Below, in pieces: positions 51,157-62,603 of a DNA stretch of 64,000 nucleotides. Under the pieces are notes generated by a model that worked only from the letters and a program-made list of their open reading frames with translations, did no database searches and was not told where the DNA came from. Positions within the stretch are counted from its first letter, which is position 1. Every line of letters starts with the position of its first letter. Made by a program: the position numbers and the translations under genes. Source of the DNA: Amoebophrya sp. A120 (taxonomy: Eukaryota; Protista; Dinoflagellata); the NCBI GenBank assembly GCA_905178155.1, contig CAJINV010000003.1, positions 6,420,648 through 6,484,647 on the forward strand, in the 5' to 3' direction.

Positions 51157-54100
51157 ATGAAGCGTTTCGGATCACCAGCCATTTTCTTGTGGTTGGTATC
51201 TTGCACCAGCCCTCTCAGCGCTTTTCAGTTGGCGAAGAATGGAGAGGGTGCCCAGAGCGAAGACATTTACGCTGCAACCCCCACTCTCGATGCAACCGAG
51301 CAAGAAGCAATTGTTGGCTCGGTACCTATCATGCGAAAGAGGAATTCAATTGGATGCTTTGCGTGAGCAGGGGCATCTGCATGCTCGTAATTGCTCTGTC
51401 AAACTCGCAACTTACTTATATTGAATTCATAACTACCTCGGTATTTGTCACAACCAATGTATGTGGCGAGTATTTGAATAAAGATAAACTGTATCAATCT
51501 CACGACAGCAAGCGTTGGACCTGAGTGGCATTGCTAATGCCTACCTCACGTCAAATGGAGACGCGCCATACGACGGCAACAGGAAAACGCTCCTGCAGGC
51601 GACATCTATGACGAACGTAGCTGTGATAGTCTCAACTGTATCTGTCAAAACATTAGGCATGTCTTTGTCCAGGTCGTGTAAGTGCACAGCAATTTTTTGC
51701 ATACTTAGGATCCAGCATCGTGCGTCCTCTATCTCTGCATCTAGATCTAGGTGATGTGCCCGCATAGAAAAGAAATTTTTGAATGTTCATGTCGTTCTTG
51801 CATTAGGTACAGGTCCCTACAACTTTAGCGTACCTATTTTTCGCGTATCCCTCTATCGCTCCGTATCCGTACGTAAAGAAACGGAGGATATGCTTGCAGG
51901 CCTGAGGTTGTCACAGCTGCGCAAGCCATAGCCTTGGCGAAGCAGATCGAGGTCATGCTGCCCCGAATCACTGCCTGAGACAATCGCATAACTTCGGAAG
52001 ATGAATTTAGTTTTTTGCAGGACCCGAACCAGCTGTACCAGGATGGGATTTCATCGGAAAGAATGTCATACAAAGGCGTAAAATTTCAACTTGTTTCCGT
52101 TTCGTTTCAACTCACAGCTCGCTGCATGTCTATTGCGAGGCCCTCAGCCAGGCGCCGGGACCGTGTCTGCTGAGGAAAGAGCAGCTATATTAACAGGGAA
52201 AAAGTGGAACTATGACATTGAAGTCATGTATAGTTGTCACACACTAGAAGAAGTCAATGTCAAGGGCGCAGCTATCGTGGCTTAGCACACGGAAAAGGGA
52301 AAAAATCCGCATGAAAGAAGCAAGAGCATTGTTTTTTTCGAAAAGCAACTGAATTTCTTGTCAAGCAAGGAGCGTTAGCAATTTGCGTGTTTTCAAATAA
52401 CGGAAAAAAACCCACTGGGTCGCGATGCGCTTCCATACCGGAGGAAGAGCTGCTGGTGTACTCATGTTCACACACGACATTGTTTTTGGATATGGGTCGC
52501 GAAAAAGATGGCAGATCTTGTCAGTTCGCGCGGCATGATCCATTTTTTCTATGCCTGTCGGTCCACCCGAGTTTCGGACTCCTTCTGCAGCGCGGGACTC
52601 AGGCATGCTCTAGAAATAGTTGTCGTAGTCAGGTCGGGTTTGGGGTTTTTACTTATGTAGTGGCGTCGGTAGAGAAATATAATTTAAAGATCATTCTTGT
52701 AGAAACCTGTATATAGCACCGGGTTTAGGGTAAAGGCGTGTTCTCACGTCAGAGAGGCGACCACACTGCTCCTTCCTAGTCGTGTGCCAGGCTGCGTATT
52801 GAGCTTGCGTCGCAACTCGAAGCAGCACGATATCGGTTTCTTTCTTCTGGACGTCGACGTGCTGCACGTGAAAAACCAGATCGATTTTTCGCCCTTCTAC
52901 CAGCAGCAGCGGCAGGGAATTGATATTGCTTCCTCGGGCCACAATTTCGGAAGAAGTACAACGCCCAGCCACGGGAAAAGAGATTCCGATGCTGGAAGTA
53001 CTGGAGAAAGTTCCAAAAAGCCTTTGACGGATTTCGACGTCGCAATCGGAGTGTACACTCGCGACATAACGGTTCCGTACGAGCCCGACAGCTATGGCCG
53101 TTTTGAATCGGATTTGGGTCTTGAACGAGCCGAAGACCATGGCCCCCCAAGCAAGGCCGGTACTAGTCCAAGCGCACACTTCTACCACTCCGAGAAGAGA
53201 CTCTTTGAGTTTCATCCAATGCTGGGGCCGAAGCGACCCGATGGCCCGAGCGACGACGATTGTCCGTGGCACACGAATCCAGTTTTCGATGACCAGGGCT
53301 ACTTTCAGGAAGTCGTTGACGGCGAATATGTGGACTTGCGTTCCCTCACCGGCGGGGAGAAATCATAGGGGGCTCCTGAAAGGGAAATCTTTCAGCAACC
53401 GCGCAGTACGGCGATCGTGCCACGAGAAGTTTGTTTGCTGCGTCTCAACGGCGGCTACGCTTTTGTGAAAGCTACCGATGCGGGCTTTTTTTACCTGCGG
53501 GCCGTGGCAGAGCTGAGCGCCTACTTTGTGGAGGTGTCCGACGGAAGCGCGCGTGACATTGCGAAATCGACGCCCCCGTCCTCTGCGCGGGACCAGACCG
53601 AGTCGGATGCGAGGAGCAAGAAAGGCAAAGGTGTTGAAAACTCGACACCACAAACTACTGGGAAGGATGATTCTTCGATGGACTTGACGGCCCGGGTGGC
53701 CCGGCTGGAAGAGCGAGTCGCTGCGCTGACGCGGGAAAATGTAGCGTTGCGACAGGGTTCTTTACTCACTGACTCCACGACCATGAAAAGCGACCAACAG
53801 GGAGAAGCAAGCAACGTTGCTCTTGGGCGAGCGTCAGCAGGAGAAGTCGGCGACAAATTGAGACGCTGGATTGAGTATGCCAAACAGCGCTTTCCCCTCT
53901 TAAGTAAATTGTTCCGCGAGTTGGTCCTGGACCCCAAATACGGCCGATTGCTGAACAAAACTTTTCGCGGTCCTGACCAAGCTGCCTTTGTGCAGCTGGC
54001 TCTGCCGCCCACGACCTGCAATCCGACGACGTTTTCTGATGCTGGCGGTTTCGCACAAAACGACCGCATGGGATCATCCGGAACAAGTAAGCGAGGGAGG

Positions 54101-54350
54101 GTACTGCTCTCTCGACTAGTTTCCACGCTCGGTGTGGAGCAACATTGGGATCGCATGGCATCTCATCTCCTCCCGAAAGCGTCGCGTTCATTGACACGGA
54201 ATATTGCGGGCTTTCATCGTGGGAAAGCGATCGTCTCCCCTTTCAAGCAGGCGAGCAGTCTTCCGCCTCTCCACACGTCGCTCCGAAATTGCGCACAAAA
54301 CTCGTGCCGCTCCGTCAGGTGCTGCACTCAGACTCGCTAAATTTTTGCGG
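51157..54350 (+). pseudogene. Nucleotide-diphospho-sugar transferase (GT77/Nucleotid_trans-like), 5' part, disrupted
   Basis: Signal peptide MKRFGSPAIFLWLVSCTSPLSA; motifs FFLLDVDVLH, LNGGYAFVKAT and PDQAAF in family order. In-frame TAG at 53366-68, an apparent frameshift near 54150, and truncation by an insertion. Confidence 0.6.
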
Positions 54351-55321
54351 GAAAAGAACAACAAGCAAATAGCTGTACTATACCTGTTGCTCTATCGACC
54401 GGTACTCGTTTGGTCTCTACCGCAGCAATCAAAGAAGCAACTACTTCTCCTGCTAGGAGGTTGTATTTAGAACACAGATGGTGCGGTGGAACAGAATGAA
54501 CCACTCGTTTATACTACAACGAGAACATCAGTAAGAACATCATGAATGCACAATTTATTCAGGACAGTCGCTTGTTGCTCAACATTTTTGCGCTTTGCAA
54601 CTTTTGATTTGAAGATGCCAACTACACCAACATGTGGAAGCTTTCACATTTTTGCCGGTGATGATGAATACTTGATGAAGTACTGCGCTGACAATGACAA
54701 AAAATGACTTGAAGATGTGGAGGACCAGTGGACAATTATCTATTAACATTGACGAGTCGATTTGCTGAAAACGCAAATCAGCTGGACCTACAGTTTTGCG
54801 CACTAAGTATTTTTGCTCTTTTTTCGTTTGGGTCCATTCTTGGACCCTTCCCACGGCGGTATGAGGTCTATTGATTTCAGATGTTAACACCCCCCCTGGA
54901 GGGGGGGTGCTTCCTCATCCAGTTTTTCTTGCAGAAAAAGCTTGCTCTTTTCTTGTATAAAGTGTTGCCTTTTCAAAGATCGAAACAGCGCCGGCACCTT
55001 CGCCATACCACCGGCGGATTTAGCGTTTAGGGACACATCAACAAGAGAACTGGAAGACCATCGGACCAGCTAGCTGAAGAGCTGGGCTTTGATGTAGCGA
55101 CTTTAAATGGCGATGATTTGAGAAATAGCGGCTCGCTTTTTTTCAAAACATCGCTGAATTTAATTCCTGAGCGGGTTATAAAGAGTATCGTACTCGTATA
55201 AATGCATTACAAATTTGCTCAGCATCAGAAATAAAATTAAAATTTGTAATGCGGATTTGGCTTCAGAAAAAAATTTGTAATGCATGACTGCAATTACTAC
55301 GAGTACGATACTTTTGCACAG

Positions 55322-55663
55322 GATATTTGGCGCCACTTCAACGCCCCGAGCACCATCGACTACTTCTCGTTGGACGTGTATGCAAGAAAAAAACTGTGTA
55401 AGTGTAACTTTGTCTTGCAGATGTTGCAACACAGTTACACTTGTCATGCCGGATATGCATCAGAGGCTATTTTAGTACGTGTTTTAGCATACTAGCTACG
55501 CATGACAAGTTTTCTGTCATGGAAAACAGATCTGTGATGCTGTTCCTGGAAAAAAGTTACACTTACACAGTTTTTTTCTTCGATAACGTGGAGGGAGCGG
55601 AGAGTTTGGTGATGGAGAATTTTCCGTGGGACAAACTCCGTTTTCGGGTTTTGACCGTGGATT
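55322..55663 (+). pseudogene. Captured FkbM-methyltransferase fragment (second copy 56695..57036)
   Basis: DIWRHFNAPSTIDYFSLDV + EGAESLVMENFPWDKLRFRVLTVD reconstitutes the IDYxSLDVEGAE motif; no complete gene is present around it. Confidence 0.75.
55379..55585. mobile_element. Introner I (duplicate at 56752..56958)
   Basis: TSD ACGTG at 55374-78 and 55586-90; perfect 28-bp IR at 55384..55411 / 55553..55580. Removing 212 nt restores DVEG. Confidence 0.9.
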
Positions 55664-57587
55664 GCGCACAAAACTCGTGCCGCTCCGTCAGGTGCTGCAC
55701 TCAGACTCGCTAAATTTTTGCGGGAAAAGAACAACAAGCAAATAGCTGTACTATACCTGTTGCTCTATCGACCGGTACTCGTTTGGTCTCTACCGCAGCA
55801 ATCAAAGAAGCAACTACTTCTCCTGCTAGGAGGTTGTATTTAGAACACAGATGGTGCGGTGGAACAGAATGAACCACTCGTTTATACTACAACGAGAACA
55901 TCAGTAAGAACATCATGAATGCACAATTTATTCAGGACAGTCGCTTGTTGCTCAACATTTTTGCGCTTTGCAACTTTTGATTTGAAGATGCCAACTACAC
56001 CAACATGTGGAAGCTTTCACATTTTTGCCGGTGATGATGAATACTTGATGAAGTACTGCGCTGACAATGACAAAAAATGACTTGAAGATGTGGAGGACCA
56101 GTGGACAATTATCTATTAACATTGACGAGTCGATTTGCTGAAAACGCAAATCAGCTGGACCTACAGTTTTGCGCACTAAGTATTTTTGCTCTTTTTTCGT
56201 TTGGGTCCATTCTTGGACCCTTCCCACGGCGGTATGAGGTCTATTGATTTCAGATGTTAACACCCCCCCTGGAGGGGGGGTGCTTCCTCATCCAGTTTTT
56301 CTTGCAGAAAAAGCTTGCTCTTTTCTTGTATAAAGTGTTGCCTTTTCAAAGATCGAAACAGCGCCGGCACCTTCGCCATACCACCGGCGGATTTAGCGTT
56401 TAGGGACACATCAACAAGAGAACTGGAAGACCATCGGACCAGCTAGCTGAAGAGCTGGGCTTTGATGTAGCGACTTTAAATGGCGATGATTTGAGAAATA
56501 GCGGCTCGCTTTTTTTCAAAACATCGCTGAATTTAATTCCTGAGCGGGTTATAAAGAGTATCGTACTCGTATAAATGCATTACAAATTTGCTCAGCATCA
56601 GAAATAAAATTAAAATTTGTAATGCGGATTTGGCTTCAGAAAAAAATTTGTAATGCATGACTGCAATTACTACGAGTACGATACTTTTGCACAGGATATT
56701 TGGCGCCACTTCAACGCCCCGAGCACCATCGACTACTTCTCGTTGGACGTGTATGCAAGAAAAAAACTGTGTAAGTGTAACTTTGTCTTGCAGATGTTGC
56801 AACACAGTTACACTTGTCATGCCGGATATGCATCAGAGGCTATTTTAGTACGTGTTTTAGCATACTAGCTACGCATGACAAGTTTTCTGTCATGGAAAAC
56901 AGATCTGTGATGCTGTTCCTGGAAAAAAGTTACACTTACACAGTTTTTTTCTTCGATAACGTGGAGGGAGCGGAGAGTTTGGTGATGGAGAATTTTCCGT
57001 GGGACAAACTCCGTTTTCGGGTTTTGACCGTGGATTGCGCACAAAACTCGTGCCGCTCCGTCAGGTGCTGCACTCAGACTCGCGGAATTGTCCTCAGCTG
57101 CGAAGCCGTTTTTTTCTTTCATTCGCGGAATTGTCCTTATTTCATCCTAGCGCGGCATGATCTCGTTACTCGTATCTCGCACAGGCTGCACTTCTGGGCA
57201 GCAACCTTCGGTCTCCCGCCTGTCTCGAGTCTTTTGCATATAGTGCGACAACTAAGTCTAGCCACCGTTTATTTGTTTTTGTGAGGACCCCCACGGTAGA
57301 AGACGTTTTTTTTGCATTACCACATCTGAAATACCGCAACCGCTTTAAGCAGGGCATCTTTGAATTCCGATGCGACGTCGGACTAGCTGGCTCTTCGTCC
57401 TCACACCTCAACGCCTCACGTGCTCCACGACTAGACGTGTAACATTCGCGTCGGCCGCAAAAGAAAGCAAGTGCCTGGTTTGATTCATCCGGGTGAGCCG
57501 CGCGTCTGTAAATAAAATCCTGCTCCTGAGCCTGAATCTGAGTCCGAGGACAGTAGGTGCAGCGGAGCTCCTGCGCCATCATCCAAA

Positions 57588-58047
57588 ATGGGCTCTGCCT
57601 TCGGGGTGATTTCGGAGGAAACGCCAGCGTATGAGGTCCTCCAGCGGTTTATCGAAAAGAAAAATCCTTCTTCCCCATATCAAAAGGAGATTTCAGATGC
57701 TGCCTTTGCGTACACACATGAGGTCTGTCTTGCTGTGAGGAATCGCGCCCACATTCTTAGGAGCGCAAGGTTCATCTATCTGTTTAGCATTGGAAACGCC
57801 GGCCCGTTGACGAACCAGCATGACAAATCGCATCCATAATGCGGCGCATCCCTCAGCGCTTGTCTTCTTGCAAGACAAAAATGATTTGTGGCCACAAATC
57901 TGCATCACAACGGATGCCTTTTCAATACGGGGAGGGAGGATTTTTCCTCACAATACGGCTCGAGAACTACGAAATCCGGAGGTACGAGCCCCGCGTCGCG
58001 GTCCAGGTCGCGATGAACCACGCCAACGATAGCACGGCGTTCAAAAC
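57588..58047 (+). pseudogene. 5' fragment of a SOUL heme-binding protein gene; exons 57588..57647, 57959..58047
   Basis: The spliced peptide MGSAFGVISEETPAYEVLQRLENYEIRRYEPRVAVQVAMNHANDSTAFK matches the SOUL N-terminal ETPxYEV..YEIRRY..AF pattern. No downstream SOUL exons were found. Confidence 0.8.
57650..57955. mobile_element. Introner J (family 1, opposite orientation to B)
   Basis: TSD CGGTT/CGGCT and TAT...ATA ends. Removing 311 nt gives LQR-LEN. Homologous to the reverse complement of 11623..11948. Confidence 0.85.
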
Positions 58048-58210
58048 TATCAACTGTAAAAATGTCTGGGTCTGGAAGAATCCAACTTGTCATGCTGATT
58101 TTGGATTCTAAACAAATCTGTATTGCATGAGCAGCAAAGAGAGTCCAAGTTTTGCTACACGGAAAGAGCATTTGTCATGCGGTATAGGCATCAGGAAGCC
58201 CTCACAAAAT
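58048..58210. mobile_element. Truncated introner K (family 2, opposite orientation to C)
   Basis: Starts TATC at the point where SOUL similarity stops. TGTCTGGGTCTGGAAGAAT and GAAGCCCTCACAAAA match the reverse complement of element C. Confidence 0.7.
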
Positions 58211-58240
58211 CTGTGATGCTAGGGCATGCATCACAGACAT

Positions 58241-59337
58241 GTGCCGCTCCGTCAGGTGCTGCACTCAATTTTTACGGTGGCATCAATGCAGACGTGCACT
58301 CTGTGCACCTGAAAGGCCGGCCTTGGTGGGGCACCGCACTGGACCCGGACCAACTGAGTCTTTGCTACTCGACTTTCATGGACGTGCACGATAAGCGGCT
58401 GCAATCGATGCAGAAGCAGTTGCAAGAGCACGACGAAGGGGGCATGAGCTTGGTGTATTTGGATGGGGCAGGTTTCTTGTCGGAGGGGAAGGAAATAAAG
58501 GTCACCGGGACTGTTGAGCAAAAGAGACTGCGCGACGCCGTCTTTGGGTCCCAGGAAGATACTTTTGAAAATCATCCTGGTTCGCTGCTGAACCTGTTTC
58601 GGAAGCAGGGCATGCGAGCGCTTTCCATCCTGCGAGGAATTGAATCGTCCCAGGAAGGAGTCGTGCCTTTGGCTCCTCGTCACCACGGTCGCGGGAGCAC
58701 GTTTCGCGAAGCTTTAGTGAGTCGGGCGATGAATCGGGCCTGGGATACTTCAATTTTGGGCCCCGTGAGTACGAATGAGACACAGCAGCTCGCTGGCACG
58801 GTGAGGAAATTTTTCGAGGACCATGATTTGAGCAGCGTTCTCGACGGATCAAATGAACAAGAAGATCGCTTCCGCCAGCGTCTGTTGACTGCATTGAATT
58901 ATCAGGCGGCTCGGCGCGAGCGCGTCGCGGCCCTAGCAACGACCCGTTCTTCCTTTCGGAAGACCGGAACACATTGGCCCGGCAGCGCCTCAGCAGTTGA
59001 GAAAGGTGAGCTGCCTTCTCGGAGAACCTGGTACGATAATGGTCGACTCTGGGAGATTGAGGAGTTGTTGCCGCACGACAATGCCCAGCGAAAAAATGAG
59101 AACTCTGCTGAGATTGCTGAAATTCACTCGGCATGGAGGGCGGACAATCAGCGTGCCGCCGATGGCGCACTCCATCCTAGCAGTAGGGAACTCATCCACG
59201 CCTGGTGCAGTAGTATCGCGAATCAGCTTGCGCAGTCTCGGCTACGCACCGTAGCGTGGAACTGGGAGAGCATTGCGCTCTGGTACTACTATCACCTCGT
59301 GGGTGGATTCAAGATGCTTGATGGAGAGCACGGCTGA
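58241..59337 (+). pseudogene. Probable 3' part of the disrupted glycosyltransferase gene
   Basis: Begins with the 27-nt sequence also at 54304..54330; long ORF with VHSVHLKGRPW, resembling a GT-A C-terminal His motif. Confidence 0.45.
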
Positions 59338-59702
59338 ACTTCAAGTGCTTCTCGACGATCTCCACGATACCGAGAAACAAGCAATTGCTGGTCAGGTGCC
59401 TATCTATCATACGACTACGAGTAAGGAGCTGGATGCTTCGCGTAAACAGGTGCACTTTTATGCTCGTATTTGCTGTGTCAAGTTCACAACTTGCTCATAT
59501 TGAGCTCGCAGCTGCTTCGGTATTTCATCAACAACAGCGTGGCGAATGATTGTACCTAGTACGTAGTTTTTTTAGTAAGTATGTTGTAATGCAAAAACTT
59601 ATATTTATCATTATCTTCCAGTTCCACTCGATATTAAAAGAGCCTTGCCCCCTTGGCATAGAGTCTCTGTCGGAAGAAAGAAACTCCTAGAGAACACACG
59701 AG

Positions 59703-59982
59703 CACTGCCCTGCTTCCAAGAAAACGGGAAAGGAAGCTGTGGGTTGTAGTATTTACACAGCTGAAAAGCACGACCCTAGACGTTGCAGTTATTGTAGTGC
59801 AAAAATTTATATTTTCATATATCTTCCATTCGACATTAAACCCTTGGCGTAGGGTTCACAAATTCTGCGTCGAAAGAAAGAAACTCGTACAGAACGCACA
59901 ACCACTGCCCTGCTTCCAAGAAAACGGGAAAAGAGCCTGTGGGTTGTAGTTACACAGCTGACTAGTACGACCCTAGACGTTT
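59703..59982. repeat. Imperfect direct repeat of about 80 bp, about 200 bp apart
   Basis: CACTGCCCTGCTTCCAAGAAAACGGGAAA...TGTGGGTTGTAGT...ACACAGCTGA...ACGACCCTAGACGTT at ~59703 and ~59902. Confidence 0.8.
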
Positions 59983-61619
59983 GAACTAACAAATAAAAAT
60001 AGCGGACACTGTACCTGTTAACGGCAACCTCATAGACGATATCTTTGATGTTGACACCCGTCACTGAGAAACCGTGCTAGAAGAACGCTCCCTACAAGAG
60101 GAGCACTGGAATAGCAGGCGGCTGTAGGTACGTCTACAAAGAAATACCAATGGGATCTTGATGCTTACACCTTGAGTGTTTTGTTGTTCGAAGCAACAAC
60201 GGTGAGCAAAACCTAAACCTTGAATCGCGAATAAAACCGAGTTGTCAAATTAAACTGACATCTCCAGCGTCGCTGTTCTCGCTCGATTTCCGCCGCAAAG
60301 ATGAAGACTTGTGATCACGCTGAAGGATCCGCCCTCTCTAAAAAACACGATGATCTACTTGGTTTTTTTCTGTGGGTTACTCGTCGGAAAAGGAGGGGTT
60401 TCGTGTTCGTCCTTCTTCCGGGTCCTGCTCCTGTGCACTTTTCGGATGAAAATCAGAGACGGAGTGATATTTAGTCGCCTTCGCCTCGCTAAACTATCGA
60501 TCCAATCGTGCTACCGAGCAAGGACACCTGTCGTTTCGTCTGCTTCGAACTACAATCGATACGCGATGGCAGCCCGCCGCCTTCGTAGAATTTTTTTGCA
60601 CTGTCATATAATCAATCTAGGCGTGTTTTGTCGAAGACGGTTCTCCGTACGTTCAGAGTCACTGCTAGCGGATTCGAAGCGACGGAGCACCACCTTTGTC
60701 GTCCTGATCCACGTCTGGCTCCACAGATTATTACAAGGCCGCAGCTTATGTCGCGTAGTGGGAGGGTGAACGAGTGGACAGGGGGGAAAGAAAAACGCCA
60801 GAGGCTGGGCAAGGGAAAAAATTTCTGATGCAGGCTGGGGCCAGGCATCTGCGCCGCTTCTTGCTGAAAGAACGAAGGCGGAGCGCCATGGCGCCCGTGG
60901 TTCCAGTCTCTGCGCGAGCGCGAGGACCCCACTCGCATGGGGCGCGCATTTGCGTGGCGCCGGCAAGCCTTAGGCCCAAGCAACAACGCAAAGCGCGGCA
61001 GCGGGCGGGCGCCAGTGGACGGGGGAGGGAAGCAGGGGAACAGCCCGCGCCATGCGAGGCGTTGGCGCGTGACGCCATGCCCGCGCGTTTGCGGCGTGGC
61101 CCGCTTGTGCTGCTTGCCTTTGTGCCCCGTTTGCCCCTGCGCGCCTTTGTGCCCCCCGCGCCCTTCCCCCGCGCGCAGCCTTGCAGAGCGGGGGCCCCTG
61201 TCGCGCGCGTGGATGGAGGCAGCACGGGAGCCGGGGCGGGGCATTCATTGGCTGCCCCCCAGGCGCAGGGGCCCACCACCCTCCCCCAGCACCCCCGGAC
61301 AACAGCGGCGCCCCCCGCGTTAGCTCGCATGCAGTAATCTGTTCCGCCCCCGCCTGCTTCCCTCGCGCGCACCGTCCAAGACAGAGGCGGCGGACGGTGG
61401 CGCCCTCTGCCGGTCTCCTCGTGAGCAGAGAGAGGGAGGGCGCCGGGGGAGGGTGGTGGGCAGCTGCCCGCCTGCAAACCTGGCGCCGGGGCGCGGCTTT
61501 CCCTTCGCGAACAGAGGGAGGGCGCCGGGGGAGGGTGGTGGGCAGCTGCTCGCCTGGGGCTTGGCCGCCGGCGGCGCTCCCCGTGCCCCCCGCCTTCTTT
61601 GCGCCCCCCGCCCGTGCTT

Positions 61620-62200
61620 CCATCCCGCTATCCCCGTGCTTCCCGGTTCCCCGTGCTTCCCGCTTTCCCCGTGTTTCCCGCTTCCCCCGTTCTTCCCGCC
61701 TTTCCCGCGCCTCCCGCCTTTCTCGTGCTTCCCGTTTTTCCCGTGCTCCCCGCTTTCCCTACGCTTCCCGCTTTCCCTATGCTGCCCGCCCTCCCTATGC
61801 TTCCCGCTTTCCCCGTGGGTGCCTCCCGCTTTCCCCGTGCTTCCCGCTTCCCCCGTGCCCCCCGCTTTCCCCGTGCTTCCCGCTTCCGCCGTGCGTCCCG
61901 CTTCCGCCGTGCTTCCCGCTTTCCCCGCGCTTGCCGTTTTCCCCCTGCTCCCAGCGCTCCCCGTGCTTCCCGCTTCCCGCTTTCCCCGTGCTTCCCGCCT
62001 TCCCCGTGTTTCCCGCTTTCCCCGTGTTTCCCGCTTTCCCTGTGTTTCTCGCCTTCCCCGTGCTCCCCACCCGTTTTCCCCGTGCTTCCCGCTTTCCCCG
62101 CGGGTGCCGCTTGCTAGCTTTCCGCCCCGCCTTTCCGGTTCTTCCCGTTTTTCCCGTGCTTTTCGCCTTCCCCGTGCTCTTCACTCCCCCCATGCTCCCC
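61620..62200. repeat. Pyrimidine-rich 18-bp minisatellite (CCCCGTGCTTCCCGCTTT)n
   Basis: Seen directly; imperfect copies. Confidence 0.9.
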
Positions 62201-62259
62201 GCCCTCTTCGCGGTCTTCGCTTTCAAAGCTGTGAAACCGGGGAGAAAGGCTCTCGGGAG

Positions 62260-62600
62260 TTTGTTGCAAAATATTTTCTCCTGATGAAAATATTTGTCGG
62301 GGATTGCAAAATTTTTTGGGTCGCGAAACATTTCGGACCGCAAAATTATATTTTGCGGCGCAAAATATTTGGACTTGCGAAATTTTTGGACTTGCGGAAT
62401 TTTTGGACTTGCGAAATATTTTGAGTCGCAAAATATTTGAAGCTGCAAAATATTTGAAGTTGCAAAATATTTTGGGTTGAGAAATATTTTGGGTTGAGAA
62501 ATATCCTGCGTTGCAAAATGTTTGGACTTGCGAAATACTTTGACCGCAAAATCTTTGAACCCACAGAATATTTGGAGTTGCAAAATATTTTGCGAGTTGC
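62260..62600. repeat. AT-rich ~19-bp minisatellite (TTGCGAAATATTTTGGAC-like)
   Basis: Seen directly; degenerate copies. Confidence 0.8.
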
Positions 62601-62603
62601 GGC

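Larger units (their letters stand above)
54288..57083. repeat. Tandem duplication, unit 1373 bp (two full copies plus 50 bp)
   Basis: Identical ORFs are offset by 1373 (54579/55952, 55160/56533). Units start at 54288, 55661 and 57034. Confidence 0.95.

Noticed and set aside
52273-52715. Possible TAT...ATA element flanked by GCAGC/GCACC
   Set aside because: The IR beyond the terminal trinucleotides is weak, and removal does not give a clean frame; unresolved in a pseudogene.
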